Source: Dehalococcoidia bacterium
Lineage (GTDB): Bacteria > Chloroflexota > Dehalococcoidia > Plut-88900
NCBI GenBank assembly: GCA_965197645.1
Contig: OZ240219.1
Location: 1,376,001-1,440,000 of the forward strand
DNA length: 64,000 nt
Direction: 5' to 3'
The stretch's first letter is position 1; each line of letters opens with the position of its first letter. Position numbers and translations under genes: made by a program. Shown one piece after another: positions 19,379-29,424 of this stretch. The notes under the pieces were generated by a model that was not told where the DNA came from, made no database searches, and saw only the letters and a list, made by a program, of their open reading frames with translations.

Positions 19379-19574
19379 GCCTGTGCAAGTGGGGCAAGAC
19401 CTGCAAATTGTTCAAGCGATCCACTGCCAGGAGCTGAAGACTGACCTAGCTGAAAAAGAAGGAGCAAGGGGACAACGATGAATATCCACAGCTCCCCACA
19501 CCAGCACCCTCCACGCAACGGCGTCCGGGCTGCTAGGAACAACAAGGGTTGCTATCTGCCCTCGTTCGGGTCAG

Positions 19575-22067
19575 TCATAGGGACTTGACAGCGTTCTCTA
19601 TCGCTGATGTAGCGTCCTGATAGTCTACGTCGGGTGAGAAGCTCAACGGCTTGCCCACTCGGACTTCGACTCTGCCTCGCCGGAGAACGGGGAATCGTTT
19701 AGGGAAACCCAACCTATCGATGTGCAGGCGCATGGGCACTACCGGAATTCGCCCCTCGACGGCGACCAGGCCGGTGCCGTTCAGGAAGGGCTTGATGGGC
19801 CCTCCGACGGTGAGCTCGCCCTCCGGGTATATCAGCACCGACCAGCCCTTGTCCATGATCTTCCCCATGTTCTCCAGGCTGGGCCTCACCGAGCCTTCCT
19901 TCGCCAGAGGGAAGGCATTGCCCAACAGGGGGTTCATGACCCACCAGACCGGATTCCGCCACAGATCGGCTGCCCCGGCCACTGCCATCCGGCGGCGCCA
20001 CTTGAGGGGGACCGCCTTGATAATCAACGGGTTGTCCAGGCCCAGGTGGTGGTTGGATGCGAAGAGCACGGGGCCTGCGATGCCTTCCAGGTTCTCGCGT
20101 CCCACCACCTTCAGCTTGTAGGGGAGGCTGACGATGGGGAAGACCAACGCCCGCTGGAGGAATCCGCGAAGCATCCGGCACCACCACTTCATGCCCCAGG
20201 CTGGAAAGCTCATCATCGGCGGATTCCTCGATCCCTCTTCGACCAAGACCCGGAGGGCCTGGACCGTCATCTCCGGGCCCACCTGGCTCTCATCCATGTA
20301 GACGCCGAGCTCGGCCTCGATTGCCGAAAGCAACTCGACGCGGCCGAGGGAGTCGAGCTCAAGGTCATCGCCGAGGGTCGAGTCGTCCCGCACGTCTCCG
20401 ACTTCCCGCTTGCTCACCTCGCCGATGATCTGCCGTAGGTCCCTTGCTTCGCCGCTCCCGGAGGGCGCCGCGGTCGCAGCCGGGCTCTCAGGCTGCAGCT
20501 TGCCCAGGATCGTATCGATCACTAGCTGCTTCTTTACCTTGAGGGTGTGGGTGCGGGGAAAGTCCTCGTCGGTCCAAACGGTGAAGCCTCGTATCCGTTG
20601 CTGCTCGGCCAGCTGCTCATTGGTCCAGGAGACAGCATCCTGGGCCGTATCGGCGTTATCCAGGATCAGGGCTGCGTGCACCTCAACCGAGGAGCCCTTG
20701 GTGAGTCCCACCACGGCCGCATCGGTGACGTTTGGATGCTTTGTCAGCACCGTCTGGATGTCCTCCGGGAAGATGTTCTGGCCGCTGGAGAGCACGATCA
20801 TATCCTTTTTCCTGCCCTGGATGTGCAGGAACCCCTCGTCGTCGAAGAAGCCCAGGTCGCCGGTCTTGTACCACTCTCCGTCGAAGGCGGCTGCGGTCTC
20901 TTCGGGCGCACGCCAGTAACCCGGAGTGACGTTGTCGCCGCGCACCTGAATCTCGCCTTCATCGCTGATCTTCACCTCCACGTTGGGCAGTGGCCGGCCG
21001 GTGGAGTCGAGACGGCGTTCTTCCAGGTTGTGGTTGCTGATGACGGGGGACGCCTCGGTGGTGCCATAGCCCTGAATGATCTTGACGCCGAGCATCTCCC
21101 ACTTGCGTCCCACGTCCGGGTCCAGCGCCGCACCTCCCGACGCGATGAAATCGAGCTTGCCTCCAAATTGCTTGTGGACGCGGCGGAACAGAAGGCGTCT
21201 CAGCGGGAACGGGGTCCGCCCGGCCACCTTGAGAAGCCGGTTCCAGAGGGCTTCCCTTCCCTGGCGTTTCACCTCACGCTCGATCCCGTTCATCAGCAGA
21301 TCCAGCGCCTGAGGGACGAGGAGCATGATGGTTATCTTGCGCTCGCGCATGGTCCGGGCCAGGACGGTCGGTTGGCGGCTGGTCAGATACGTGACGCTGG
21401 CGCCGCTGTTCAACACGATGAATAATCCTGCCATCTGCTCGTACATGTGGCTTAGGGGAAGGACCGACAGGAGCCGGCTGGACGTCTTGCAAGTGATGTA
21501 CTGGGATATGCCTTCTATATTGGACGTCAGGTTCCGATGCGTGAGCATTACGCCCTTTGGGTCGCCCGTCGTGCCGGAAGTAAACATGATCTCGAGAAGA
21601 TCGTCCGACTCGATGTCCACGTGCTCCGGCTCAGGCAGGCCCTGGATGGCGGTCTCCAGCTCCTCGAAGGTAACCTCGGGGACACGCAGTTCCACCTCCC
21701 CTTTGGGAGTGAACCGAGACGTGAACGCCAGCTTGGGCTCCGTCCTGGATATGACCCTGGCGACGTAGTCGGGCGCGCTGCGCAGGTCCAGGGGAATCAG
21801 TACGACTCCCGCGCGGATACACCCGAAGAAGACGACCACCCAGTGGGGAGAGTTGGGGGCCCACAGGATGGCCTGGTCTCCCTTGGTCAAACCCCGGCGC
21901 TGCAGGAGGGTTGCAACCCGACCCGATTCGTCCCACAGTCGTGAGTAGCTCCACCGCTGGTACCGGAACGCCGGCTTGAACAACAGAGCATCTCGAGGGC
22001 CGTGTTTCTCGACCGCTTCCCGGAGAAAGTTGACGACGGTGTTACCACCCTTACGAGCTTGACCCAT
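19575..22067 (-). CDS. Acyl-CoA/AMP ligase-ACP-acyltransferase (PlsC) fusion
   Basis: FTSGTTGDPKG, QGYGTTE, TGDLG; LDSLGRVEL phosphopantetheine site; SNHHLGLD and YPEG. Confidence 0.9.
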   Translation of the reverse strand: MGQARKGGNTVVNFLREAVEKHGPRDALLFKPAFRYQRWSYSRLWDESGRVATLLQRRGLTKGDQAILWAPNSPHWVVVFFGCIRAGVVLIPLDLRSAPDYVARVISRTEPKLAFTSRFTPKGEVELRVPEVTFEELETAIQGLPEPEHVDIESDDLLEIMFTSGTTGDPKGVMLTHRNLTSNIEGISQYITCKTSSRLLSVLPLSHMYEQMAGLFIVLNSGASVTYLTSRQPTVLARTMRERKITIMLLVPQALDLLMNGIEREVKRQGREALWNRLLKVAGRTPFPLRRLLFRRVHKQFGGKLDFIASGGAALDPDVGRKWEMLGVKIIQGYGTTEASPVISNHNLEERRLDSTGRPLPNVEVKISDEGEIQVRGDNVTPGYWRAPEETAAAFDGEWYKTGDLGFFDDEGFLHIQGRKKDMIVLSSGQNIFPEDIQTVLTKHPNVTDAAVVGLTKGSSVEVHAALILDNADTAQDAVSWTNEQLAEQQRIRGFTVWTDEDFPRTHTLKVKKQLVIDTILGKLQPESPAATAAPSGSGEARDLRQIIGEVSKREVGDVRDDSTLGDDLELDSLGRVELLSAIEAELGVYMDESQVGPEMTVQALRVLVEEGSRNPPMMSFPAWGMKWWCRMLRGFLQRALVFPIVSLPYKLKVVGRENLEGIAGPVLFASNHHLGLDNPLIIKAVPLKWRRRMAVAGAADLWRNPVWWVMNPLLGNAFPLAKEGSVRPSLENMGKIMDKGWSVLIYPEGELTVGGPIKPFLNGTGLVAVEGRIPVVPMRLHIDRLGFPKRFPVLRRGRVEVRVGKPLSFSPDVDYQDATSAIENAVKSL

Positions 22068-22167
22068 GGCTACCTCCTTGTTGCTGTGGGTAGCTTAACA
22101 GGTTGAGGCCCTCCCTTCAGGCACGATGCGGCGTTCCAGCGAGTTTCTCCCGGAGCGACCGCCCCGG

Positions 22168-22881
22168 TCAGACGGCGTACCGTTGAACAAGCCCTCGGAG
22201 GGCTCTGTGAGGCTCCTTCCGCATGGGAGGGAAGTGACTGAAGCATATGGTATCGAAATCGAGATCGAGGAGCTTTTCCAGGGACCGCAACGCCTCTACA
22301 GGGTGTTGGGTGACCCCAACAGCAGGTGGACTCAGCCTCCAGGCGAGCTTGTACTGCAGTGCGTCTCCTACAATGATGGCCCGCTTCTCCGGCAGGTGGA
22401 GGGCGATGCTGCCGGGCGTATGCCCGGGAAGGTGGACGGCTCGGACTTCGGTCCCAAATGGAAGGATGTCGCCGTCCTCCAGCCGATCGTCCACGGGAAC
22501 GGGCTTTCCCACGAGCCTGGCGAGCATCGGCTTTGCCACCATGGCGAGCAGTTTGTTTTGCAGTGGACTCGGGGCCGGCACCTTGCCCTCGACGACGTCC
22601 GCCTCCAGCCGATGCGCAGCAACTGAGATATCTCTTCCCTCGACCAGTTCGCTGAGGCCGCCCGAGTGGTCGGGGTGGGCGTGGGTAACAACGACCCGTG
22701 CTATCTGGTCGATAGACAGGTCAAGGGTCTCCAGCCCCTGGGTTATGGGGCCCAGGCTTCCGCGGAGCCCCGCATCGACCAACAGCACCTCGCCATCCTC
22801 GACCAGGACGGTTACCCGGGCGCCGATAGCCCGGACCTGGAATACTCCGTGGGTAATGCGTATCGGCTTTCCGAAGATCAT
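22168..22881 (-). CDS. MBL-fold metallo-hydrolase
   Basis: THAHPDHSG, PGHTPG, GDA, FSH motifs. Confidence 0.9.
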   Translation of the reverse strand: MIFGKPIRITHGVFQVRAIGARVTVLVEDGEVLLVDAGLRGSLGPITQGLETLDLSIDQIARVVVTHAHPDHSGGLSELVEGRDISVAAHRLEADVVEGKVPAPSPLQNKLLAMVAKPMLARLVGKPVPVDDRLEDGDILPFGTEVRAVHLPGHTPGSIALHLPEKRAIIVGDALQYKLAWRLSPPAVGVTQHPVEALRSLEKLLDLDFDTICFSHFPPMRKEPHRALRGLVQRYAV

Positions 22882-22989
22882 GAGTCTGCTTTGTTGCGGC
22901 TGTCCGCCTCCGGCCCTATCATCGCTCGCCGCTACTACACTAGCGTGTCACAGACGTACGTCTTTTGCAACCAAGTTATCAGACCGGCC

Positions 22990-25890
22990 CTAGATCACCA
23001 GCGTGGCGTCCTTCGGCCTGGCTTTGCCGCCGTGTACAGACGGCTCGGCGCACCACTTGGCGGACAGGCGGCGCACAGCTTGATAAACCTCCGTATCGAA
23101 GCCCAGGAGATCGCAGATCACGCGCCGGTCTAGCAGGGCGCGGTTGGGGTCAGCATCCGCCAGATAGGCGGGCTTCAGCTCTTTGTCTCGAAACTCCTCG
23201 AAGATCATCTCCGCCATCACCAGCTGATCATCGGTGAGGGCGCGGAGGTCCAGCACAGATAGCGACTCGGCTTGGCGGATAGTCATACCAGCCTTGCTTG
23301 ACTGCTGGCGACTGGAGTGCCACCAGTAGGATAGCAGGCCCAAGGTGGAGTTGCTCCACACCAAGAAAGCGTAGTCGAACCGCTGGTCTGGGAAAATCAC
23401 ATTTGGCCATACTCGCCCGCCGATGGATTCTCTCTCTGTGAACGCAACAGCCAGAGCCTGGGAGCCAAAGGTGAAATCTCTGTTAAGGTGAGCACGGCTG
23501 GCAGTCTCCCAAACATCTGCGGCTTTGTCTTCCATTTGAGACCTGACAGTCAACTGGGAGTCTGGCTGGCAAGCCATCCGTGTCTCGTTCTTCGCATCGT
23601 GGTTCCACAGGGACGGATAAGTAGCTGTCGCACTTGGGGAGATCTTGTCGAAAGGACCACGAGGTCGCGGTCCCGTGATGTCTCGATCAACCAAGCCAAG
23701 TTTGCCGATGTCGCTGAGCAAGGTCATCTTCAACTCGGCCGGGGATTGGATTCCAGGTAGCCATAACTGGGACTGAGACAGGGCGTAGGCGGCCTGCGCC
23801 AGGGAATAGTCGGCTAGACGCACCGCGCTCCAACTCTGTCCCTCCTCACTTACTGGAGCAGTTACAGACTCCCCGGCCAACTCTTCACCCACCATCAAGA
23901 GCGTCCCTCCATACGGCCCACGCTCCAGGCGCCTAAACATTCGTACATCCGATAGGCTGCTCGACAGCGTGCTTGAGTAGGCAAACCCTTGTGGCCTGCG
24001 ATTGAAGGACGTGAAGCGCGCCCTGTTGTCGGTTGCTCCGCCTGGTCTGAGCTTGCGAGCAATCACCAGACACTCCGCCATCCCCGTATCGGAGGAGAAG
24101 GACATGTCATGACCGTTGGCCGCGATGCTCAGTACCGTCAAGTCCGTATAGTCGTGGGCGAGCGTCTGGCGGAAACCTTTCCAAGAAAGGCCGTTGGCCA
24201 CCGACAAAGGGAGCACAAGAGCCAAAACGCCGCCTGGCTTCAGCTTCTTGTGAGCTAGGGCCGCGAAGGCAGAGGCTATACCCGCATTGCCGTGATAACA
24301 CGTTCCTGCCGCACGCTTACCAAGCCTCTTTCCCATGCTTCTTTGATCTGTCTTGCTGGCATTGAATGCGGCGAAGGCTGGGTTGGTAATGTCCGCATGG
24401 GCACCTTCATGGTTGGTTGCCCTGGTAAAAGGCGGGTTCATTATCACCAGGTCGTAGCCCTCGTCGGGTATCTCGGCCCAGACCTGGGTTGCGGTCTCCT
24501 CGCCGGCGCTGCCGGTGCGCATGGCGGGGTCGCTGGTGTTGAACAGGGTCAGCACGTCGGATGACTGGAGAAGCTCCAGGGAGCCGATCATCACGCTGCC
24601 GTCCCTCATGCGGCCATAGGGCATGGTGTACAGGTGAGAGCTGTTGAAGAGTACGGACGGCTCCACGCCGGATAGGGTCGAGCCGGTGATGTGGACGGCG
24701 GATGGCATTACGTCGCAGCCGTAGAGCACCTCCTCCATCATCACCTTGTGAAGGGCGGCCCCATCGCCCCCAGCCCGCTCGTGGCGAGCGGCTATCTGCT
24801 CGTACACCGCCGAGAGCAACGCTCCGGTGCCGCAGGCAAAGTCCCCGATTCTCAGCTTGCCGATTGCGCCGGCATCCGACCAGTCCACGCCCTCCATCTT
24901 GGCCACGGCCAGCCGGGCCAGCAGCGCCGCCGATGCGGGCAGGGTGTAGAAGGTGGCGAGGTACTTGCGGTCGGCGATGAGCCGCTGGAAGATGCGGCCG
25001 GTGAGATCGTGGGCATTGTCCACGCCCGTCGCATTTACCACCTGGGCGGTGTCTCTCAGCCGTCGCAGGATGTCCGCCGCATCGGCAGAGGGCAGCTGCT
25101 CCAGGATGTCCTTGGCGATGGCGAAGATGGCCCAGTAGTTGATGTTCAGTATGTCGCTCCAAGCCGACAGTACCTTGGCCTGGGGGTTGTCCACGGTGTC
25201 GCCGCACACCAGCGCCAGGGGCTTGACGCCCTCATGCATGCCTGCGATGCGCTCATGGAACACCAGGGCGTTGGCGATGATGGCACAGGCCATGCGGCGG
25301 GTCTGGGGCACGTTGGTCATCCCCAGCAGGCGGGCTATGGACATGGTGATGCCGGAGCGAGTCTTGTTCAATTCGTCAAGGACCCGTGCCGCGCCGTCGA
25401 TTCCATCCTGAAGTGTTTTCGCGGCGTCATCTACAGCACGCTGAGGCACGGATACGAGCCGCACCATGTCCGCTACATCTTCGACCGATCCCTCCAGCCA
25501 GCCGGACTCCGGGAACCGGTCTTCTTCTCCGTCCTCGGTGAAGATGCAGTAGGAGAGGCGGGCCTCCGACAGGGAAGTGTGCAGATCGTCGGCTTCGCTG
25601 ATGCCCTCCGGGTATCGCAGAGCGATCACTGCCTCGATGACACGCCCGCTGGCCGCCACTTCCAACCCCAGGCGGTCCTTCGCCTCCGGTTCGACGGTAC
25701 GGGCGGGCATGTACTCCGCCTCAACCACCACTGGAGCACGGCCGGGGGCGACGATCAGGATGTCAGGTTGTAAGCCAGGGTGACCGGAGATGGCCTGAGT
25801 GTTCTCGGAGCGCACCTGGCTCCTGGGCAGCATATCCTGAAGCAGGCTGCCCAAGGCGTTGTTGGCGTTCGGCTCCGTCTGGCGCGGCAT
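22990..25890 (-). CDS. Type IIG-like restriction-modification enzyme / N6-adenine DNA methyltransferase
   Basis: FYT, DFACGTGALL (motif I), VIMNPPF (motif IV); N-terminal PD...EAE segment. Confidence 0.8.
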   Translation of the reverse strand: MPRQTEPNANNALGSLLQDMLPRSQVRSENTQAISGHPGLQPDILIVAPGRAPVVVEAEYMPARTVEPEAKDRLGLEVAASGRVIEAVIALRYPEGISEADDLHTSLSEARLSYCIFTEDGEEDRFPESGWLEGSVEDVADMVRLVSVPQRAVDDAAKTLQDGIDGAARVLDELNKTRSGITMSIARLLGMTNVPQTRRMACAIIANALVFHERIAGMHEGVKPLALVCGDTVDNPQAKVLSAWSDILNINYWAIFAIAKDILEQLPSADAADILRRLRDTAQVVNATGVDNAHDLTGRIFQRLIADRKYLATFYTLPASAALLARLAVAKMEGVDWSDAGAIGKLRIGDFACGTGALLSAVYEQIAARHERAGGDGAALHKVMMEEVLYGCDVMPSAVHITGSTLSGVEPSVLFNSSHLYTMPYGRMRDGSVMIGSLELLQSSDVLTLFNTSDPAMRTGSAGEETATQVWAEIPDEGYDLVIMNPPFTRATNHEGAHADITNPAFAAFNASKTDQRSMGKRLGKRAAGTCYHGNAGIASAFAALAHKKLKPGGVLALVLPLSVANGLSWKGFRQTLAHDYTDLTVLSIAANGHDMSFSSDTGMAECLVIARKLRPGGATDNRARFTSFNRRPQGFAYSSTLSSSLSDVRMFRRLERGPYGGTLLMVGEELAGESVTAPVSEEGQSWSAVRLADYSLAQAAYALSQSQLWLPGIQSPAELKMTLLSDIGKLGLVDRDITGPRPRGPFDKISPSATATYPSLWNHDAKNETRMACQPDSQLTVRSQMEDKAADVWETASRAHLNRDFTFGSQALAVAFTERESIGGRVWPNVIFPDQRFDYAFLVWSNSTLGLLSYWWHSSRQQSSKAGMTIRQAESLSVLDLRALTDDQLVMAEMIFEEFRDKELKPAYLADADPNRALLDRRVICDLLGFDTEVYQAVRRLSAKWCAEPSVHGGKARPKDATLVI

Positions 25891-26080
25891 ACCGCTCTAT
25901 GAACCTATCGATCCGTAGTCGAATGGCATGGCAAACCCGTAGACAGTATCCCACCGGCTGAGCGGTCAAGTCCACCTGCTGGGCAGGAGTCTGTCAAGGA
26001 CAAGGCCGCTATCGGCCTCGTCCAGGTACCGCCGGCCAAGTCGGCTCACGTGGGCCTATTGAGAACGGGAGTTGGCGCCG

Positions 26081-27316
26081 CTACTCGTAGGTCCAGAGAT
26101 CGAAGTTCAGGTTTATCGTAGTGCCTTCGGAGTCCACTAGATTCGAGTCCGGTGTCGGGAAGGAAAACCCGGCGAGCTGGCTCTCGCCGACGATCAACGC
26201 CGGCCTGTCCTCCGCCTCCGCGCCAAAGGTGAAGGTGTCCGTGCCGTCGCCACTGAGAAGGGGGAGTCCCCAGCCTCCGGTCTCCGGGTCGAGGACATAC
26301 AACTCGACCTCTCCCTCGACAAAGACCGGCTCGCTGAACGTCACCTCGATGTTTCCATCTTCGTTGCTGGCAAGCTCCACGACTGCCGCCGCTTCCATCA
26401 TTCCGGGATCCATCGTTTCGGGATCCAACATCATCTCGTCCGGGATCTCCATGTACTGCGCGGGCGGTTCTATCTCATCCGTCTCATTGTAGCCGACGTA
26501 CCGGATGGTGATGATGTTCCGCTCCACTTCGTCCAAGCCTGCAATGGCGACCCTGGTCTCCCTGGTAAGGAAGTCATCGGCTCCGACAACCCTGATGAGG
26601 GTGCCGCCGGGGAACCCGAGTCCCTCCATCCCTGTCCCCTGACCTGCCTGATCGGAGACAAGCACATAGCCTCGGGTGCCGTCGTCAAGGTCAATAGTCT
26701 CGCTCAGCGTAGCGTCGGCGTCGGTCGGCACGTGGAGCAGTCCGACCTGGGATACTAGCCCCAGGAACTCGGCGTCCGGAGGAGTCCCCTTGAACCACAT
26801 GGCCGACTCCGGGTCCTGGAAGTAGGTGTCCTCCCCAATGAGCAGTGCTCTCATCTCGACCATCTGTCCCTGGTCGCTCAGGGTGATCGTGAAGCTGAAC
26901 TTGTCCGGCAGGACGATGGTGCCGTTCAAGCGTATCAAGCCTTCCTCGCCGCCTTCTACAACACCAAAGACGGCCAGCAGATTGATCTCCCCCTCGAAGG
27001 AGAAGCCGGTAACCTGTTGCATGGCCTGTACGTTGCACGAAAAGACGGTCGCGGAATCCTCGATCATGCCGCCGGGCGAACAGCCCATGGGATGGTCCAT
27101 ACCGTCTTCCATCTCGGCGGCGGCCGTTGCCGTGGGCGTTGCCATCGCCGTTGCGGTAGGAGTCGCCATTGCCGTGGCTGTAGGCGTGGCGACAGGCGTC
27201 GATACTGCAGTGGGTGTGGACACCGGCGTGGCCGTTGATTCGTCGTCGCCACCACAGGCGGCGAAAGCTGTCGCCGCTAGAACGATGGCCATTAACAGGT
27301 AGAGTCCCTTTTTCAC
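26081..27316 (-). CDS. Lipoprotein with Pro/Thr linker (LppX/LprAFG-like fold possible)
   Basis: MKKGLY...AFAAC lipobox; TPTATAMA repeats; very acidic body. Confidence 0.75.
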   Translation of the reverse strand: MKKGLYLLMAIVLAATAFAACGGDDESTATPVSTPTAVSTPVATPTATAMATPTATAMATPTATAAAEMEDGMDHPMGCSPGGMIEDSATVFSCNVQAMQQVTGFSFEGEINLLAVFGVVEGGEEGLIRLNGTIVLPDKFSFTITLSDQGQMVEMRALLIGEDTYFQDPESAMWFKGTPPDAEFLGLVSQVGLLHVPTDADATLSETIDLDDGTRGYVLVSDQAGQGTGMEGLGFPGGTLIRVVGADDFLTRETRVAIAGLDEVERNIITIRYVGYNETDEIEPPAQYMEIPDEMMLDPETMDPGMMEAAAVVELASNEDGNIEVTFSEPVFVEGEVELYVLDPETGGWGLPLLSGDGTDTFTFGAEAEDRPALIVGESQLAGFSFPTPDSNLVDSEGTTINLNFDLWTYE

Positions 27317-27514
27317 AGAAGATTCCTTTCGATCAGAAGATCCGTATTCTGGCTAAGCTGGTGTGCTTTCTCTTTGACAATAGTATCACAGTGCCATTTC
27401 GGATGGGTTCCAGCTCGATTCCGGTCATGTTAGCTTGAACCGGGCCTGGGCGATAGGGGTAGTGGGGACCGTCTGGGAGCCAGACGGCCTCAGTTTCTGC
27501 TATCCTAATCCCCT

Positions 27515-28450
27515 ATGAGCAACATCCAGTTTGGGCCGCTTTACTTCCCCACGGACGAGGACTACGACCCCCTGGACCTGGCTGAGAAGGCCGAGGAGTG
27601 GGGCTATGACTACTACTGGATCCCGGACTACGTCACGCTCCCTTACTTGGACGCCTTCGTTCTGGCGACGGCTGTAGCTTCGAGGACGACCAAGCTGAGG
27701 ATCGGCACCGCCGTAACCCTAGCCCCTTTCCGTACCCCGCTTCAGTTCGCCAAATCGGCGGCATCGGTGGACGTGATGTCGGATGGCCGGTTTACCCTGG
27801 GCATCGGAGTCGGAGCCATTGACCGGGACTTCGAGGTTGCCGGGGTGGACTTCCACCAGCGAGGCCGAATAACCGATGAGACCATCGACGTCACCCGGCG
27901 ACTGCTCCACGAGGAGAAGGTCAGCTACGAGGGGCGATACTTTCGGTTCAAGGACCTGACCATCGGTCCCAGGCCGGTCCAGCCGAACCTGCCCATCTGG
28001 ATCGGGGCCTACGGCGGAGACGGCCTGGCCGAAGGAGTCCTCCGTCGCACCGCCAAGTACGGCGACGGGCTGTTCCCCACCGAGATCTCCCAGGCCGAGT
28101 TCAAACGGGTGCAACCCAGGATCAGGGAGATGGCGGCGTCCCACGGCCGCGATCCCGATTCCATCGGCTGGGGGCTTCTGACATGGCTCTGCTTCGGCGA
28201 TAGCGTGGAGCAGGCCCTCCGGACCACCAACCGGGAGATCGGGGGCCGGCTCGGTACGGAATGGGACACCAGGCGCGAGAACGGATACGCCCTGGGCACG
28301 GCCAAGGACATGATAGATACCATCGAGGGATACGTGGAGCTGGGGCTGACCAACTTCGTCATCGACCCCGGCTGTGCTCCAGCCGAGATACTCCCCCAGC
28401 TGGAGGCCTTCGCCAAGGAGGTCATCCCCCATTTCCGTGGATCGGGTTAG
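27515..28450 (+). CDS. LLM class flavin-dependent oxidoreductase
   Basis: AEKAEEWGYD.YWIPD, RTTKLRIGT, SDGRFTLGIGVG, PIWIG. Confidence 0.93.
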   Translation: MSNIQFGPLYFPTDEDYDPLDLAEKAEEWGYDYYWIPDYVTLPYLDAFVLATAVASRTTKLRIGTAVTLAPFRTPLQFAKSAASVDVMSDGRFTLGIGVGAIDRDFEVAGVDFHQRGRITDETIDVTRRLLHEEKVSYEGRYFRFKDLTIGPRPVQPNLPIWIGAYGGDGLAEGVLRRTAKYGDGLFPTEISQAEFKRVQPRIREMAASHGRDPDSIGWGLLTWLCFGDSVEQALRTTNREIGGRLGTEWDTRRENGYALGTAKDMIDTIEGYVELGLTNFVIDPGCAPAEILPQLEAFAKEVIPHFRGSG

Positions 28451-28454
28451 CGGC

Positions 28455-29387
28455 ATGGCGCCTGTCAAGTTCGGCGCCGTCTACCCGATGGGCACGCCCC
28501 TCGATGTGGTGGGCCCCCTGGAGCTGGCCGAGAAAGCGGAGGCCTGGGGCTACGATTCTTTCTGGGTGCCCGATCTGCTGACCGGCCCCGACCTCGACCC
28601 CTTCGTAATCCTCTCGGGCGCGGCGGCTCGAACAGAGAGGATCAAGCTGGGCACGGGAGTCCTGATAATGCCGGTAAGACCCCCTGTGCAGCTGGCCAAA
28701 ACGGCCCTTTCCCTGGACGCTCTGTCCGGCGGAAGGTTGATCCTCGGGGCCGGGCTCGGCGAGTATTCCAAGGACGTCAGAGCCGCTCAGATCGCTCCCG
28801 GACCCCGGGCCGAGCTATCGGACGAGGGACTGGAGGTACTTCGAAGCCTGGTTAACCGGACCAACGTTAGCCATCAGGGCCGTTACCACCAGATCGAAGA
28901 CCTCACTATGCTGCCCAGGCCTACCCGAAAGGGTGGTCTGCCTATCTGGACCAGCGCCGCCTGGAAGGGGCAGCTGGTGGACGGCCCGCTGAAGCGAGCG
29001 GCCCGGTACGGCGACGGGTTCATCTTCGATGCACCTCCGCCTTTCTACAGGCAAGCCAAGGAAAGGATATCCGAATACGCTGTCTCCTTCGGTCGGGACC
29101 CCGATGCCATGGAGTGGGGATGCTGGATGTTCACCTGTCTTGGGTCGTCCAAGGAGGAGGCGTGGAAGACCCTGGGCCGCCGCCTGGGCGAGATTCTGGA
29201 CCGTCCCACCGACGATCCCTCCAACGTAGGCTACGCTTTCGGTACCCCGGAGGACTGCCTGGAGACCATCCAGCAGTACATCGATATCGGCCTGACCCAC
29301 ATTTGCATCTCGGCCAAGTGCCCTCCCGAGCAGGTGGTAGAGCTGTACGAGACCCTTGCCAGTGAGGTCATACCGCGCCTGAAGTAG
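28455..29387 (+). CDS. LLM class flavin-dependent oxidoreductase
   Basis: GYDSFWVPD, RTERIKLGTGV, LSGGRLILGAG; start ATG 28455. Confidence 0.93.
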   Translation: MAPVKFGAVYPMGTPLDVVGPLELAEKAEAWGYDSFWVPDLLTGPDLDPFVILSGAAARTERIKLGTGVLIMPVRPPVQLAKTALSLDALSGGRLILGAGLGEYSKDVRAAQIAPGPRAELSDEGLEVLRSLVNRTNVSHQGRYHQIEDLTMLPRPTRKGGLPIWTSAAWKGQLVDGPLKRAARYGDGFIFDAPPPFYRQAKERISEYAVSFGRDPDAMEWGCWMFTCLGSSKEEAWKTLGRRLGEILDRPTDDPSNVGYAFGTPEDCLETIQQYIDIGLTHICISAKCPPEQVVELYETLASEVIPRLK

Positions 29388-29424
29388 AGTCTCGGAGAGA
29401 ACCTCTCAACCCCCGGCGTGGCCG

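Noticed and set aside
27121-27240. Tandem repeats (also 14760-14910 and 15470-15560)
   Set aside because: Pro/Thr/Ala linkers of lipoproteins with synonymous divergence; not CRISPR or VNTR arrays.
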